From Nitrospinaceae bacterium (GTDB lineage: Bacteria; Nitrospinota; Nitrospinia; Nitrospinales; Nitrospinaceae): a DNA stretch of 64,000 nt. Under the pieces are notes generated by a model. That model made no database searches. It was not told where the DNA came from and saw nothing but the letters and a program-made list of their open reading frames with translations. Of the stretch, positions 61,627 through 64,000 are shown piece after piece (position 1 is the stretch's first letter; each line of letters begins with the position of its first letter). The position numbers and the translations under genes were made by a program. The stretch spans positions 2,816,001-2,880,000 of the forward strand of contig OZ250172.1 in NCBI GenBank assembly GCA_965237905.1, in the 5' to 3' direction.

Positions 61627-63468
61627 TTATAAATTAGAATTGTGAGGCAATGCTAAATTTAGATATTTGCCGCGTTCGCCGTACACCAGGCGCTGGTCTT
61701 CCAGGTCTTTTAAGATGGTTTCCAGCTCGGTGGCCTTGATGGGTTGGCCCTGTTCTTTCAGGTGCGCCTGTATCTGATCTAAATTCCGGGGCGCCTCGTT
61801 GCAGAACGCGAAGGCTTTTCCCGCCGCACCTTCCAGCCGCAGTTTCACCGGATGCTCCGCCGACCGCTCGTCGTACACGGTGACAAAATCCATCGACTTG
61901 GTGAACATAAGATAGGGAAGGTTCTCGGATTGGTGTCGTTCTTTCCAATGGCCTACGGTCTGGTGGAGTTCCTCGACGAGGGCCGGGTCGATTTTCAGGT
62001 CCGACTCGAATTCAAAATCGTACGCCACTTTCATGAGGTCGATCGTATCGCCGTCATACACATAAGGGTACGCCACGCCGGGACCGGTGATGCGGATGCC
62101 GTACTGGTCGGGCCGCGTGAAGTAGGGGCTGAACCGTTCCAGCCAGATGTCACCGACAGAGATCGGCGGTTGCAGGTGGGTGAGTGATTTGATCAGGTCG
62201 ATCTGCTGGCGGTAGTCCGCATCCGTCTCCAGCGGGAAGCCGGTCAGTATGCTCCAGGTGACTTCCATGCCGTAATACATTGCCCACTTCAGGCAGAACA
62301 CATTTTGTAAGGGGCGCACGCCCTTGTCCATTTCCTGCAGTTGGTTGGTGCTGAAACTTTCGATGCCGGGCTGGATCACGTTGACACCGCCGTGGGCCAG
62401 ATTCTTGATTTGCGCTTTGGTGAGGTTGCTCTTCACCTCGATGAAAAATTGCAGATCGTAATTGTTCTGCGCGAACTCCCCGAACACGCCGTCGATATAT
62501 TTCATTTCCAGGATGTTGTCCACCAGCCGGAAGCGGTAGCTGTTGTAGCGTTTGGACAGGTCGGCCAGATCGGCGTGGACCTGTTCCATGGACCGCGCCC
62601 GGAACTCCATGGTCGAGGCGTTGAGGCCACAAAAAGTACAGTGATGCTTCTCCCCCCACCAGCAACCCCGCGCGGTTTCGTAGAGGATGATCGGATTCTC
62701 CAGCAGGGGGGAATGCGGATCGATCTCCTTGATCTGTTCCATATAATCATCATAATCCGGCGGGCCGTACTTCTTGAAGTCGGTGAAATTCTCCTGGCTC
62801 TCCTCGAAACGGATGTCACCGTCCACCCGGTGAATCACGCCTTGGGGAATCGGACCGCCCGACTCCAGCGCTTCCATCAATGCCGGGAGAGAGTCCTCCG
62901 CTTCGCCGGAGATAACGTAATCGATCCACTCGAACACGCGGAAATATTCGAGACCCATTTCCGAGTCGAAGTTGGACCCGCCGAACAGGATCTTAATGGA
63001 AGGGTATTTTTCCTTGATCAATTTCGCCAGGGTGACGCTGGCGATGTTCTGATTGAAGGTTGAGGTGAAGCCGACCGCCCCGTATTCCCCCCAATTTACA
63101 GACTCCAGGGCCCACTGGAGAAATTCCGGAACCATTTGGGTTTTGACGTCGTGTAGGAATGACTCCGGCCGGTTGATGGTGTGGCTGATGCTTTGGAGAT
63201 GGGATTTGAAATGCTCCGCGTACTCCTGGTTCTTCCGGGATTCGCCGAACAGCGTGTGGGAGAACAGCCATTCGCCGATCAGAAACCGCTCCTCGCACAA
63301 TTTGTTGTAGACCTCCATATCGATCTGGTGGGCGAAGTGGAGGTTCAGGTAAAAGCTTTTCACCTCGTGGCCGTGCGTTTTCAGCAGGGTCGAAAGCGTC
63401 CCTAACTGAATGGACGGATACACATGAAAGCCGAACGGCATGTTGACTAATGCGACTTTAGAAGGCAT
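61627..63468 (-). CDS. B12-binding radical SAM protein of the RiPP-maturation C-methyltransferase type
   Basis: LVNMPF..PSIQLG, VGFTSTFNQ, GGSN, ETARGCWWGEKHHCTFCGLN (CX7CX2C), QPGIES, LERFSPYF. Confidence 0.88.
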   Translation of the reverse strand: MPSKVALVNMPFGFHVYPSIQLGTLSTLLKTHGHEVKSFYLNLHFAHQIDMEVYNKLCEERFLIGEWLFSHTLFGESRKNQEYAEHFKSHLQSISHTINRPESFLHDVKTQMVPEFLQWALESVNWGEYGAVGFTSTFNQNIASVTLAKLIKEKYPSIKILFGGSNFDSEMGLEYFRVFEWIDYVISGEAEDSLPALMEALESGGPIPQGVIHRVDGDIRFEESQENFTDFKKYGPPDYDDYMEQIKEIDPHSPLLENPIILYETARGCWWGEKHHCTFCGLNASTMEFRARSMEQVHADLADLSKRYNSYRFRLVDNILEMKYIDGVFGEFAQNNYDLQFFIEVKSNLTKAQIKNLAHGGVNVIQPGIESFSTNQLQEMDKGVRPLQNVFCLKWAMYYGMEVTWSILTGFPLETDADYRQQIDLIKSLTHLQPPISVGDIWLERFSPYFTRPDQYGIRITGPGVAYPYVYDGDTIDLMKVAYDFEFESDLKIDPALVEELHQTVGHWKERHQSENLPYLMFTKSMDFVTVYDERSAEHPVKLRLEGAAGKAFAFCNEAPRNLDQIQAHLKEQGQPIKATELETILKDLEDQRLVYGERGKYLNLALPHNSNL

Positions 63469-63676
63469 GGCGCCATCTTATCAATTCATATAGGGCAATT
63501 CACCCGAAAAGTGGGTAGAGCCAGCTTTGTGGTGGGCGGGTCTGAGGCCTCACCAGCAAGTTTGGGCCGGTCAGAGATCGGGAGGAGGGGGGACTTTTCT
63601 TTACAAAGGGTAGGGCGCACTCTAAAATAATAATAAGAACGGCCTATACAGGCAGTCGAACTGACGGGAGGTAATC

Positions 63677-64000
63677 ATGAATAAGCAAAGATATTGCGTT
63701 TCTGTATTAGTAGCGTTTGCTTTTGTGTTTTTATATGAGTTTCTCGTTCACGGTTTTCTGTTAAAGGATCTCTATACGCAAACAAAGGAAATGTGGCGCC
63801 CTGAAGGAGAAGGCAATATGCTCTTCTTGTTCGCGAGTCAGCTGGGTTTCGCTGCTGTTGCAGCATATATTTTTACCCTGCATTACGAGGGCAAGGGTAT
63901 CGGGGAAGGGGTTCGCTTTGGTTTATATATAGGGATGCTCATTGGATCAATCGAAATAGGGACCTATTGTTATATGCCTATCCCCATGGTGCTGATGCTC
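63677..64000 (+). CDS. Membrane protein (DUF1761-like), truncated at the window end
   Basis: SD GGAGG; MNKQRYCVSVLVAFAFVFLYEFLVHGFLLKDLY...WRP...GIGEGVRFGL. Confidence 0.7.
   Translation, partial: MNKQRYCVSVLVAFAFVFLYEFLVHGFLLKDLYTQTKEMWRPEGEGNMLFLFASQLGFAAVAAYIFTLHYEGKGIGEGVRFGLYIGMLIGSIEIGTYCYMPIPMVLML

Overview
Bacterial chromosomal window. Gene content, notably a delta-type subunit of the five-subunit 2-oxoacid:ferredoxin oxidoreductases used in the reverse TCA cycle, suggests a Nitrospina/Nitrospinota-like organism; this is inference, not proven. The housekeeping backbone comprises alaS, kdsD, polA, cmoA, leuA, gltBD, dnaK-grpE-dnaJ, pyrE, lptD, folC, two dpp/opp-type ABC ATPases, tRNA-Pro(CGG) and tRNA-Arg(CCT). 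Accessory blocks are: (i) an RHH/RelE-ParE toxin-antitoxin pair; (ii) a lower-GC, integron-like array at about 4.9-7.1 kb, in which three co-oriented unrelated genes are each preceded by a ~30-bp imperfect palindrome (9-bp arms around a 6-bp asymmetric core). This is the best candidate for an undescribed gene-cassette system. One of its cargo genes looks like a divergent proteasome-beta/HslV-type Ntn hydrolase, and the array is flanked by nested REP/MITE-like repeats; (iii) a divergent pair of a heme-oxygenase-like diiron enzyme and an EgtD-like methyltransferase; (iv) SSS and RND transporters; (v) a ~3-kb integrase-less island at tRNA-Pro carrying a metal-handling operon headed by a Cys-rich RAPP-motif ORF; (vi) a partial che cluster and a motA/motB/PilZ unit whose MotB has a ~280-aa N-terminal coiled coil; (vii) a sigma54-driven type IV pilin and an orphan RiPP-type B12 radical SAM enzyme. 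All calls come from reading motifs by eye; no database searches were run.
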